Below, piece after piece: positions 1 to 8,316 of a DNA stretch of 15,286 nucleotides; position 1 is the first letter of the stretch; the number at the start of each line of letters is the position of its first letter. The DNA comes from Armatimonadota bacterium (lineage in GTDB: Bacteria > Sysuimicrobiota > Sysuimicrobiia > Sysuimicrobiales > Humicultoraceae): contig JBQTJP010000205.1 in NCBI GenBank assembly GCA_052386995.1, positions 1-15,286 of the forward strand, given 5' to 3'. The notes under the pieces are model-generated. The model saw only the letters and a list, made by a program, of their open reading frames with translations. It searched no databases and was not told the origin of the DNA. The translations under genes and the position numbers were made by a program.

Positions 1-3000
1 TGGGCGCAGCCGATCCTCCGGGATGCTCTCGACACGCGCTTTGTCCTGGCGATGGCGTCCGCGGCCTTCGGGTACATGTTCGTGTCGTCCATGCTCGTGA
101 GCTGGGGTCTCGCCCTGCGACGGCGGACGTCGTTCGTCGATGTTCTGGGCGGCAACATCGCGGTCCAGATGGTGCACACATTTGTCCTCTTTGTGCTCGG
201 GACGATCGCGGCGCTGGTGCTCACCGGGAGGCTTCCGTTTGCGGCGTTGGTCATCATGATCCCGGCCGCCATGATCAGCGTGACGCTGCTCGTCTACGCG
301 AATCGTCGGCGCGAAGCCGAAGAGCTCGAGGTCATGTACGCGACCACGGCCGAGATGGCGCGCAATCTGGCCGTCGACGAGATCGTCCACACGGTCGCCA
401 ACGGCGTGGAGCGCCTCGTCCCCTCTGACATCGCGGTCATCTACCTCCGCCCTCCCGGGGAGGATAAGCCCCGCGTGGCGCACTATCGCGGCCCCGGCGG
501 CATGGAGCTTGCCAGGCAGTTCGAACCGGAGGGTCTGGCTGGCTACGTTCTGCGCACCGGACGGTCCGTGTGTGTCGCCGACTACGAGCGCGATGAGCGT
601 CGGAGCCCCCGTGCCGAGGCTGTCTTTGGGCGCGGGGCGGTCCGCTCGGCACTGGTCGTGCCGATTGCCGCGGGCGGGGAAGTATGGGGAACGATCGTGC
701 TGGCGCGGGGCACACGGAACTATTACACGCCCCGGATGGAGCGTCTGGTCACCATGCTTGCGGGCCAGACCGGACTCGCGGTCCGAAACGCCCATCTTCT
801 TCAAGAGACCCGGCGTCAGGTGGAGCGCTCGGCCACCCTGCAGCGCCTGAGCCTCCATGTCGGGACGACGCTCGATCCAGAAGAAACCTGCCGGTTTCTG
901 GTCATGCAGGCCGTCGAGAGCCTGGGAGCGCGCTACGGCTTTTTGGCCCTCATCGACGAACAGGCCCGCGAGCTGCACGGACGCGCGGCCGTCGGTGTCG
1001 AGAACGCAGGCTTTCTGCAGACGCGGGCGCGGCTGGACAGCGACGGTGGACCGCTGCAGGAGGCGGTCCGCGCCGTTCGCGAGCGACGCTCGACCATCAG
1101 CGACGACCTGCAGGGCCCGATCGGCCCCGCCGCGGCGCTGGGGCTGCCGGACGCCCACTGCGCGCTCACCGTCCCGCTCATCCGGCAGGGCCAGCCACTC
1201 GGCGCCATGATGATCATACGCACAGAGCGCCGGCCGTTTGGCGAAGCCGATATCGGGCTTCTGGAGGCCATCGCCGCCCGCGGCGCGGTCGCCATCGAGA
1301 ATGCACGGCTGCACACGGAGGTGCAGGCGCAGGTCCGCCGGTTGGAGGCCGTGATCGAGATGTCCCGGCGCCTGCGGGGCGCCGATAGCCTGCGCGACGT
1401 GTTCACCCTGATCGCCGAGGGCGCACGCGACGTGCTGGGCGCGGAGCGGTGCGTGCTGCTGGTCTGGGACGGGCAGGGGCAGGTCGCAGAGACACTCGCC
1501 GTTGGCGTATCGGACGCGTTCGTGCGCGGGTTCGTTGATCGCATCCGGGGCTCGCTGGGACGGGCGGTGGCCGCCGCGACAGGCCACATGGTCGCCGCGG
1601 ACCTCTCGATCGATGAAGCCGTGGGTCAGACGCCCGATGGCTCGAGCCATGGGCAGGTGAAGTCCGGAGTCTTCTTCCCACTGCGGGCGCAGGGCAAGCT
1701 GGTGGGCGTGCTGGCGTTCTTCAACGGGCGATCGGGCGGCTATCCTCCCGACGCGCTGCGGCTGGCCGAGTCACTTGCCGACCACGTCGCGGTCACGGTG
1801 AAGGACACGGCGATGCCGGAGCAGACCGAGCAGCGGCGCGACGAGGGGTTGCTCAACCGGATCGTAGGGGCGGTGAGCGCGTCGCTCGACCTCGACGAAG
1901 TGTTCCGCACCGCGGTCGTCGAGCTCGCCGGCGCGACCGGCGTCCCGTACGTCAGCATCTACCGCATTGAAGGCGCGTGGTTTCGCCTGGCGGCCCGGTT
2001 CGGCGCCTCGGAGGCACCCGCCGAACTCCCGATCGCAACGGGCCTGATGGGCAGGGTCGCGCGCAGCGGGCGGCCGGAATTTGTGGCCAACCTCCGCGAC
2101 GATCCCGACGATGCGGGCAGTGGATTCGACGTGGTCAACCGCGCTGCGGCCCCGATCACGCTCGACGGCACCGTGACAGGGATCATGACCATCGAAGGCA
2201 CGAATGTCCGCCCCATTACACCCCGTATGTACGAGCTGCTCGTCGCCCTGGGTCAGCAGCTCAGTGTGGCGGTGCGGAATGCTTCCTTCTATCAGGAACT
2301 GCGCAAAGCGCACGATGAGCTGCAGGTGCTCTATGAGGCCGCGCGGTCGGTCAGCGGCACCCTTGATCTGCGCACCGTCCTGGACAGCCTGGTATCGGTC
2401 ACCTGCAAGGCCTTCGGATACGACAACGGGGCGCTGCTGATGGTCGATCCCGACTCGGGCGACCTCACGGTCGAGGCGGCCTACGGTCACACCGAGTCCA
2501 TCGTCAACACCCGCCTGCCCGCAAGCGTAGGGATCACCGGCTGGGTCGCCCGCACCGGGACGCCGCTGGCCGTGGACGACGTGCGGCAGGACTCGCGCTA
2601 CTATAAATTCGACGGCCGGACCCGGTCGGAGCTCGCGGTCCCCCTCATCGCCGAAGGCAAAGTGCTGGGCGTGTTCAACGTCGAGAGTGCCAAGCGGGCG
2701 GCCTTCGGATCTCGCGACCTGCACATGCTGATGACGCTGGCGTCGTACGCCGTCATCGCCATCCAGAACGCGCACCTGTACGAGCAGGCCCAGCGCCTGG
2801 CGATCACCGATGGGCTGACCGAGCTGCACAACCACCGGTATCTCTTCGACGCGCTCGACAGATTGCTCGAGCGCGCCAAGCGCGAGACGCAGCCGCTCTC
2901 CCTGATCATGCTCGAGATCGACAACTTCAAGCGGTTCAACGACACGTACGGCCACCAGCAGGGCGATGAGGTCCTGCGAACGATCTCCATGCTGCTACGG

Positions 3001-3300
3001 CGGGGAAGCCGGCCTTCAGACATCCTCGCGCGGCACGGCGGCGACGAGTTCATGGTCGTGCTGCCGGGCACGAGCAAGGCGCCCGCACAGGAAACCGCCG
3101 AGCGCCTTCGGCGCGCCGTGGAGGCCTATCCGCTCATGGTCGCCGGTGACGTCGTGACAGCGGTGACGCTGAGCGTTGGCGTCGCCTCATTTCCTCAAGA
3201 TGGCCATACGGTCGACGCGCTCGTCGAGGCGGTTGACCGGGCACAGTACACCGCCAAGCGCTCGGGGGGCAATAAGGTCCACGTCGCGCACGGGTCCTGA
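1..3300 (+). CDS. Membrane-anchored multi-GAF (about five GAF domains) GGDEF diguanylate cyclase, 5'-truncated by the window edge
   Basis: Frame 1 is open from base 1, so the true start probably lies upstream of ATG 52. N-terminal hydrophobic helices are followed by repeated GAF signatures ending AVRNAHL, AIENARL, AVRNASF and AIQNAHL. The C-terminus has TDGLTELHN, EIDNFKRFNDTYGHQQGD, an RPSD I-site, GGDEF at 3037-3051, and AQYTAKRSGGN. Confidence 0.93.
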   Translation, partial: WAQPILRDALDTRFVLAMASAAFGYMFVSSMLVSWGLALRRRTSFVDVLGGNIAVQMVHTFVLFVLGTIAALVLTGRLPFAALVIMIPAAMISVTLLVYANRRREAEELEVMYATTAEMARNLAVDEIVHTVANGVERLVPSDIAVIYLRPPGEDKPRVAHYRGPGGMELARQFEPEGLAGYVLRTGRSVCVADYERDERRSPRAEAVFGRGAVRSALVVPIAAGGEVWGTIVLARGTRNYYTPRMERLVTMLAGQTGLAVRNAHLLQETRRQVERSATLQRLSLHVGTTLDPEETCRFLVMQAVESLGARYGFLALIDEQARELHGRAAVGVENAGFLQTRARLDSDGGPLQEAVRAVRERRSTISDDLQGPIGPAAALGLPDAHCALTVPLIRQGQPLGAMMIIRTERRPFGEADIGLLEAIAARGAVAIENARLHTEVQAQVRRLEAVIEMSRRLRGADSLRDVFTLIAEGARDVLGAERCVLLVWDGQGQVAETLAVGVSDAFVRGFVDRIRGSLGRAVAAATGHMVAADLSIDEAVGQTPDGSSHGQVKSGVFFPLRAQGKLVGVLAFFNGRSGGYPPDALRLAESLADHVAVTVKDTAMPEQTEQRRDEGLLNRIVGAVSASLDLDEVFRTAVVELAGATGVPYVSIYRIEGAWFRLAARFGASEAPAELPIATGLMGRVARSGRPEFVANLRDDPDDAGSGFDVVNRAAAPITLDGTVTGIMTIEGTNVRPITPRMYELLVALGQQLSVAVRNASFYQELRKAHDELQVLYEAARSVSGTLDLRTVLDSLVSVTCKAFGYDNGALLMVDPDSGDLTVEAAYGHTESIVNTRLPASVGITGWVARTGTPLAVDDVRQDSRYYKFDGRTRSELAVPLIAEGKVLGVFNVESAKRAAFGSRDLHMLMTLASYAVIAIQNAHLYEQAQRLAITDGLTELHNHRYLFDALDRLLERAKRETQPLSLIMLEIDNFKRFNDTYGHQQGDEVLRTISMLLRRGSRPSDILARHGGDEFMVVLPGTSKAPAQETAERLRRAVEAYPLMVAGDVVTAVTLSVGVASFPQDGHTVDALVEAVDRAQYTAKRSGGNKVHVAHGS

Positions 3301-3326
3301 CCGCCGACGGCGAATAGCTGTTGGGA

Positions 3327-4421
3327 ATGAGTCTGGCGCTCGGCCTCGTCGGCCTGCCCAACGCCGGGAAATCCACGCTGTTCAACGCGCTGACGCGCGG
3401 GGGCGCCGCTGTGGCGCCGTATCCTTTCACCACGATCGACCCCGCGCGGGGTCAGGCCGCCGTTCCAGACGAGCGGCTGGCTGCGGTGGCGGGCGTGGTA
3501 CGCCCCGAGCGTGTGGTTCCGGCGACGATCACGGTCATCGATATCGCTGGTCTCGTGCCCGGCGCCGCGAAGGGCGAGGGATTAGGGAACCGCTTCCTGG
3601 CGCACATCCGCGACGTGGACGCCGTCGTGCATGTGATCCGGTGCTTTGCCGCCGGGGACGTCGCCCGGGCGGAAGGCGAACTCGATCCGGTTCGGGATGC
3701 CGAGCTGGTCGAAACGGAGTTGTGCCTCGCAGACCTTGATGCGGTTGAGCGGGCGGTTGAGCGCGCGCTCACCCGTGCGAAGGCAGGCGATGCATCCGCG
3801 CGAGAGCAGGCCGTAGGTCTGCAGAAGGTAGCCGCCGCGCTTGGCCTGGGCATTCCGCTGCGCCGCCAGCAGGTCGATCCTGCCCTCAACGCGATCACGC
3901 GCGACCTGCGTCTCTTGACCGCGAAGCCGGTGCTCTACGTGGCGAATGTGGATGAGGCGACCCTGCCCGATGGAGGGCCGCTCGCATCGGCGCTGTGCGC
4001 GCTCGCCGACCGGGAAGGGGCGGGCTGTCTCGCACTCGCGGCGCGGCTGGAGGCCGAACTGCGTGATCTGCCTCCCGACGACGCGCAGGGATACCTGGCC
4101 TCCGTCGGTTTGCCGGAGCCGGGCCTCCCGCGTCTCATCCGGACCAGCTTTGCGCTGCTTGGGCTGGTGAGCTTTTTCACCATGTTGTCAGGTGAGGTGC
4201 GCGCGTGGCCGGTGCAGCGGGGTGCGACGGCGCAGGACGCTGCGGGAGAGATCCACACCGATATGGCGCGGGGCTTTGTACGCGCCGAAGTGATCGGCTG
4301 GGACGCCCTCGTCGCCGCCGGAAGCCTGCAGGCCGCCCGCGACCGTGGCTCGATCCGGCTGGAAGGCCGGGACTATCCGGTCGCCGACGGCGATGTCATC
4401 ACGTTCCGGTTTGCGGTCTAG
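3327..4421 (+). CDS. ychF: YchF/Obg-like ribosome-binding ATPase
   Basis: GLVGLPNAGKSTLFNALT P-loop, YPFTTIDP, DIAGLVPGAAKGEGLGNRFL, NVDE G4 motif, and a C-terminal TGS domain (AAGEIHTD...GF.RAEV...EGRDY.V.DGDVI.FRF). ATG 3327 is preferred over TTG 3321 because it puts the N-terminus in register with E. coli YchF. Confidence 0.95.
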   Translation: MSLALGLVGLPNAGKSTLFNALTRGGAAVAPYPFTTIDPARGQAAVPDERLAAVAGVVRPERVVPATITVIDIAGLVPGAAKGEGLGNRFLAHIRDVDAVVHVIRCFAAGDVARAEGELDPVRDAELVETELCLADLDAVERAVERALTRAKAGDASAREQAVGLQKVAAALGLGIPLRRQQVDPALNAITRDLRLLTAKPVLYVANVDEATLPDGGPLASALCALADREGAGCLALAARLEAELRDLPPDDAQGYLASVGLPEPGLPRLIRTSFALLGLVSFFTMLSGEVRAWPVQRGATAQDAAGEIHTDMARGFVRAEVIGWDALVAAGSLQAARDRGSIRLEGRDYPVADGDVITFRFAV

Positions 4422-4538
4422 CGCGAGGCGGGATCGATCGAGCCGGTTCGTTCCTCTTGTCTGAAGAGAGCACTGCGCCGGGAACATATCATATACAGAG
4501 AGGATAGTACAAGCGGTGTTCGAATTTTCTTAACCTGG

Positions 4539-5336
4539 GTGGCGATTCAGATGCCTTTTCGGGTCGGGCAATCGGCTGGTGCGGTACTACTGGTACTTGG
4601 GCTGCTTTTCGCACCGCTGTCCTCGGTGTCTGCCCACGCGAAGCCGAAGGCCACCAGGATCACTCTCACACGGCAGCAGCAGATGAGTCTGGTTGACTAC
4701 CACGCCGCACGCTACGGCGTGCCCCAATACGTGGCCTATAACCTCATCGAGGTCGAGTCGCGCTGGCGGCAGCACGCGGTAAGTCGACGAGGCGCCCGCG
4801 GGATCATGCAATTGATGCCACGAACTGCGAGGGGACTGCGCGTAGACGCCCGCGACCCCAGGCAGAACATCGAAGGTGGCCTGCGCTATCTGCGTCAGCT
4901 CTACGACCGGTTCAAGCGGTGGGATCTGGCGCTGGCCGCCTACCATTCGGGTCCCATGACCGTGGTCCGGCACAACGGGGTTCCGCCCGTGTCACGCTCC
5001 TACGTCAGAAGGATTCTCCGGGAGCCTAAGGTGGCTGCGCCGGCGAAAGCCCCGGCAACCGACAGCAGGCCCGCGCCCGTCGCGGCGACGCCGGCCTTTG
5101 AGCGGCGGCGGTCCGTGACCGTCTCGGGAGATACCACAACCACCATCAGGGAAGCCCTCCGCGACGGCCAGGTGGTCTGGCGGGCTGAGGAGATCGTCTC
5201 CGTCCGCGACAATGTACGGACCCGCATCATCCGCGAGTTCCAGCTCGTCAACGGCGAGCTGACGATGGTGAGAGAGCAGACACTGGTCGACGAGGCCGGC
5301 GTCGATACCACGGTCGACGAGAGCAACAAAGAGTAG
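4539..5336 (+). CDS. Exported lytic transglycosylase (SLT domain) with an uncharacterised C-terminal extension
   Basis: Signal-peptide-like hydrophobic N-terminus ending SAHA. SLT motifs: IEVES (catalytic Glu), AVSRRGARGIMQLMP, DPRQNIEGGLRYL and ALAAYHSG. The start is uncertain (GTG 4539 or ATG 4551). Confidence 0.88.
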   Translation: MAIQMPFRVGQSAGAVLLVLGLLFAPLSSVSAHAKPKATRITLTRQQQMSLVDYHAARYGVPQYVAYNLIEVESRWRQHAVSRRGARGIMQLMPRTARGLRVDARDPRQNIEGGLRYLRQLYDRFKRWDLALAAYHSGPMTVVRHNGVPPVSRSYVRRILREPKVAAPAKAPATDSRPAPVAATPAFERRRSVTVSGDTTTTIREALRDGQVVWRAEEIVSVRDNVRTRIIREFQLVNGELTMVREQTLVDEAGVDTTVDESNKE

Positions 5337-5344
5337 TCCTGCAC

Positions 5345-5373
5345 TTGTCCGCCCCCCTGGCCGATGATACAAT
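5345..5373 (+). promoter_or_regulatory. Sigma70-type promoter for the rpsF operon
   Basis: TTGTCC (5345-5350), a 17-bp spacer, then TACAAT (5368-5373), with an extended -10 TG at 5365-5366. Confidence 0.75.
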
Positions 5374-5414
5374 TGGCGTCGCTTGCAGAGCGCGCGGCGG
5401 AAGTGGGCCGCGCG

Positions 5415-5510
5415 TTCCTCCTGCCCGCTACGGTGCTCACCGAGAGGCGGGCCACGGGCAGACGCCCTCCGGGTCCCGGTGCCGCGGGTCCGGAAGTCCA
5501 GAGGAGGAGG
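5415..5510 (+). promoter_or_regulatory. Putative S6:S18 ribosomal protein leader (rpsF autoregulatory RNA)
   Basis: TCCTCCT (5416-5422) is complementary to the SD AGGAGGA (5502-5508). An inner stem GCCCGC/GCGGGC (5423-5428/5447-5452) ends in a CCR-type motif (GGGCCAC). It lies directly upstream of rpsF. Confidence 0.6.
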
Positions 5511-5517
5511 GGTTGCG

Positions 5518-5922
5518 TTGCGGAGTTATGATCTCGTCTATATTGTGAAGCCCGACCTCGACAGCGAGGCGATGGCGGCGATCGTCGAGCGGGTGACTCA
5601 GCGTCTCAACGAGCAAGGCGCGACGATTGAGCACGCCGAGGTCTGGGGCAAGCGCCGGATGGCCTTTTCGATCAAGCGGTATCGGGAGGGCCACTATGCT
5701 TTTGTCCGGTTCTCGGCGTCCGGAGATCGAATCCCCGAGATCCGGCACGCCCTGCGGATCTTGGAGGACTTGCTGCGGGCGTCGATTACGGTGGCTGTCG
5801 GAGCGATCGCCCCCCCCAAGACCGCGGCGCCGCCTGCGCCACCCGCTCCACCTGCCGCCCCTGCGCCCACGCCGCAGCCTGAGGTTGCTCAGACCGAAAC
5901 GTCACAGACGCAAGGCACATGA
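5518..5922 (+). CDS. rpsF: 30S ribosomal protein S6 with a Pro/Ala-rich C-terminal tail
   Basis: TTG start at 5518 after a strong GGAGGAGG SD. MRSYDLVYIVKPDL...WGKRRMAFSIK...EGHY is the S6 signature. The longer 5383 ORF start in the track extends through the leader. Confidence 0.95.
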   Translation: MRSYDLVYIVKPDLDSEAMAAIVERVTQRLNEQGATIEHAEVWGKRRMAFSIKRYREGHYAFVRFSASGDRIPEIRHALRILEDLLRASITVAVGAIAPPKTAAPPAPPAPPAAPAPTPQPEVAQTETSQTQGT

Positions 5923-5946
5923 TGCCGAGGTGAGGAGGAGAACGTC

Positions 5947-6342
5947 GTGCTCAACAGGATTATCCTGATCGGCCGGCTGACCCGCGATCCCGAACTTCGC
6001 TACGTTCCGAGCGGCCACCCCGTGACTTCGTTCACGCTGGCGGTGGACCGTCCTTTCGCCAACCAGCAGGGTGAGCGTGAAACTGATTTCATCGACATCG
6101 TGGCCTGGCGCAAGCTCGCCGAACAGGTGAGCCAGCACCTGAGCAAGGGACGCCTGGTCGCCGTGGAAGGCCGCCTGCAGATCCGGTCGTACGAGACCCA
6201 GGACGGCCAGAAACGGAAGGTTGCCGAGGTCGTGGCCGACGGTGTGCGCTTCTTAGACCGGAAGGCGACCGGCGTACCGGTTGGTGCCGCCGCGCAAGGT
6301 GAAGAGTTAGCCGAAGAGCCAGAACAGGACGTTCCGTTCTAA
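5947..6342 (+). CDS. ssb: Single-stranded DNA-binding protein
   Basis: GTG start after GAGGAGGAG. MLNRIILIGRLTRDPELRY, FIDIVAWRKLAE and VEGRLQIRSY motifs, with an acidic C-terminal tip EQDVPF. Confidence 0.97.
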   Translation: MLNRIILIGRLTRDPELRYVPSGHPVTSFTLAVDRPFANQQGERETDFIDIVAWRKLAEQVSQHLSKGRLVAVEGRLQIRSYETQDGQKRKVAEVVADGVRFLDRKATGVPVGAAAQGEELAEEPEQDVPF

Positions 6343-6410
6343 GCCCCGCGGGCATCATCGGAGCGGCCTGATGCCCGCAGCCGCGGATCGCGGCAAGACG
6401 GAGGCACGCG

Positions 6411-6659
6411 ATGGCAGAGGATCGACCCAAGAAGCAGTGGCGCGGGCGGCGGCCCAAGCGAAAGAACTGCATGTTTTGCGTGGAGAAGTCGAAGCAGATC
6501 GATTTCAAGGATTCGCTCCGGCTGCGCCGGTTTGTGACCGACCGCGGCAAGATCCTTCCGCGACGCGTCTCCGGTAACTGCGCGAAGCACCAGCGGGTGC
6601 TGGCGGTCGCGATCAAGCGCTCGCGCGAGCTCGCACTGTTGCCGTACACGGCGGAGTAA
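6411..6659 (+). CDS. rpsR: 30S ribosomal protein S18 (zinc-binding C+ type)
   Basis: CMFC...IDFKD...[17 protein letters not shown]...[13 protein letters not shown], with SD GGAGG at 6400-6404. Confidence 0.97.
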   Translation: MAEDRPKKQWRGRRPKRKNCMFCVEKSKQIDFKDSLRLRRFVTDRGKILPRRVSGNCAKHQRVLAVAIKRSRELALLPYTAE

Positions 6660-6701
6660 GCGCGGCGTCGGCGGACCGGTTGGCCGCCGGATCACGCAGC
6701 G

Positions 6702-7733
6702 ATGTCGTCCGGACGCATTCGAACACAGGGTCTGACCGAAGGCGCTATTCTCGCGGCGCTCGTAGCGATCTTTGCGGTCGCCGGCCGCTACATCCCCCTG
6801 ATGAGCCTGGCGACGACCTTCCTGTGCCCCCTCCCGCTCGCCGTCTTGGTCATCCGTCACGGCTTCAAGCTCGCAGGAATCGCGGGCATCACGAGTGCCG
6901 TCGTTGGAGGGGTGCTGGCTGGCCCCATCGTGGGACTCGCGATCCTGGTGTCGTTTGCTCCGATGGGGCTGGTGATCGGACTGGGCGTGCGTCAGGGGTG
7001 GTCGGCGTCTCGGATCGTCGGGACCGGCGCCCTCGTGGCGTCCGTCTCGACCGCGTTGAGTTTTCTGGGATTGATAGGCGGCAGCCGCGTGAGCGTGGAT
7101 CAGATGGCCCAGACCATAGAGCGCAGCGTGGCGATGAGCGCCGACCTGGCTGCGCGCATTGGCATTCCGCCAGCGCTCGTGTATGGGGCGGGCCTGCGCA
7201 TTCCCCCGATCGCCGAAACGCTGCGCGAGAGGTTCGACCCGACCCGCGAGTTCGCGCTCCTGCTGTCGTATCTGCTGCCGATCATGTTCGTGTCCACCTC
7301 GGCGACAATGTCCTGGCTCAACTACGAGGTGGGACGCCGCGTGCTGGGCCGCTTTCGGTATCACTTGCCCGCGCTTCCACCGATCCGCAGCTGGCGGCTG
7401 CCGGCGGCTGGGGTCTGGCTGGTGCCCGCGGGGGTGCTTCTTCAATTCGCCGGGAGCTGGCTGATCGTGCCGGTGCTGACCAGTGTCGGCCTCAGCCTCG
7501 TCTTGGGGGCCATGCTCGTCTTCACGCTGCAGGGGCTCGTCGTGGGCTGGGTGGTCCTCGAAAACTATGGGTTTGGCAAGTTCGAGCGCATTCTCGCAGT
7601 CTGGCTCGCCGTGGCCGTCCCGGTCTTTACCATTCCGCTCTTCATCCTCGGGATGCTCGACACCACGCTGCTGGTACGAGACCGGTGGGGTGTGGAGTCC
7701 CCAAAGCCCAGATCAGTGGGGGCCAAACCGTGA
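6702..7733 (+). CDS. yybS: YybS family (DUF2232) integral membrane protein
   Basis: N-terminal TQGLTEGAILAAL and PLPLAVLVIRHG, multiple hydrophobic segments, LPPIRSWRLP, LQGL and LGMLD motifs. It occupies the conserved position between rpsR and rplI. Confidence 0.82.
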   Translation: MSSGRIRTQGLTEGAILAALVAIFAVAGRYIPLMSLATTFLCPLPLAVLVIRHGFKLAGIAGITSAVVGGVLAGPIVGLAILVSFAPMGLVIGLGVRQGWSASRIVGTGALVASVSTALSFLGLIGGSRVSVDQMAQTIERSVAMSADLAARIGIPPALVYGAGLRIPPIAETLRERFDPTREFALLLSYLLPIMFVSTSATMSWLNYEVGRRVLGRFRYHLPALPPIRSWRLPAAGVWLVPAGVLLQFAGSWLIVPVLTSVGLSLVLGAMLVFTLQGLVVGWVVLENYGFGKFERILAVWLAVAVPVFTIPLFILGMLDTTLLVRDRWGVESPKPRSVGAKP

Positions 7734-8176
7734 AGATTATTTTGTTGAAGGACGTGCCAGGCACTGGGAAGGCCGGGACGGTATCTGATGTCAAGGAAGG
7801 GCATGCCCGCAATTACCTGATCCCGAGGGGGCTGGCCGTCGAGGCGTCGGCGGGCGCGATGCGTGACCTGGAGCACCGCAAGCGGGCCGTGCAACACCGC
7901 GTCGATCGCGAACATGAAGAGGTGGAGGCGCAGGCGCAGAGCCTCGAGGGCCTGGTATTGGAGATTCGCGGCAAAGCGGGCAAGGGCGGGCGGCTCTTCG
8001 GCTCGGTGACCACGCAGCAGATCGCCGAGGCGCTCAATCGCCGCGGATTCCCGGTGACGCGCAAGCAAATCGAGCTCGACAAGCCCATCCACGTCGAAGG
8101 GTTCTATAAAGTGCCAATCCGGCTGCGCGCGGGCGTGGTCGTTCACGTCGACCTCAACGTCGTCGGGACGACGTAG
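7730..8176 (+). CDS. rplI: 50S ribosomal protein L9
   Basis: The GTG start overlaps the yybS stop (GTGA at 7730-7733). MKIILLKDVPGTGKAG...VKEGHARNYLIPRGLA and GRLFGSVT motifs; 148 aa. Confidence 0.96.
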   Translation: MKIILLKDVPGTGKAGTVSDVKEGHARNYLIPRGLAVEASAGAMRDLEHRKRAVQHRVDREHEEVEAQAQSLEGLVLEIRGKAGKGGRLFGSVTTQQIAEALNRRGFPVTRKQIELDKPIHVEGFYKVPIRLRAGVVVHVDLNVVGTT

Positions 8177-8210
8177 CCGCGACGAACTAGCGCCGCGCGG
8201 CGCCGCCGAG

Positions 8211-8316
8211 TACTACACAGGTCGTCCACACGTAACCGCGCGGCTGTGCACGGGTTGTCCCCAGAAATTCTGGCGTTGCCCGCCGCTTATCCCCGCAATT
8301 CTTCACCTTATCCACA
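8211..8316 (+). promoter_or_regulatory. DnaA-box cluster between rplI and dnaB
   Basis: Perfect TTATCCACA at 8308-8316. Same-strand variants: TTATCCCCG (8287-8295), TTGTCCCCA (8255-8263), TCGTCCACA (8222-8230) and the weaker TACTACACA (8211-8219). Confidence 0.7.

Noticed and set aside
1771..2955. Long antisense or alternative-frame ORFs (1771..2955, 6339..7445, 9102..10325, 10834..11898, 13256..14071, 14347..15267)
   Set aside because: They overlap well-supported genes and lack motifs. Such shadow ORFs are expected in high-GC DNA with few stop codons.
4480..4525. GAAC/GTAC/GTTC half-sites upstream of the transglycosylase as a LexA box
   Set aside because: There is no GAAC-N4-GTTC arrangement. 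GTAC-N7-GTTC fits only a different lineage's motif and with a mismatch, so support is too weak.
5360..5367. GCCGATGA resembling a sigma28 -10 element
   Set aside because: There is no TAAA -35 at the proper spacing, and it lies inside a good sigma70 promoter.
5383..5517. N-terminal extension of S6 in the ORF track
   Set aside because: A strong SD precedes TTG 5518 where S6 homology starts. The upstream part is the structured leader.
6680..7729. 498-aa ORF 6680..8176 suggesting a giant N-terminally extended L9
   Set aside because: The upstream part is an Arg-rich alternative frame over yybS with no recognisable motif. L9 homology begins at GTG 7730.
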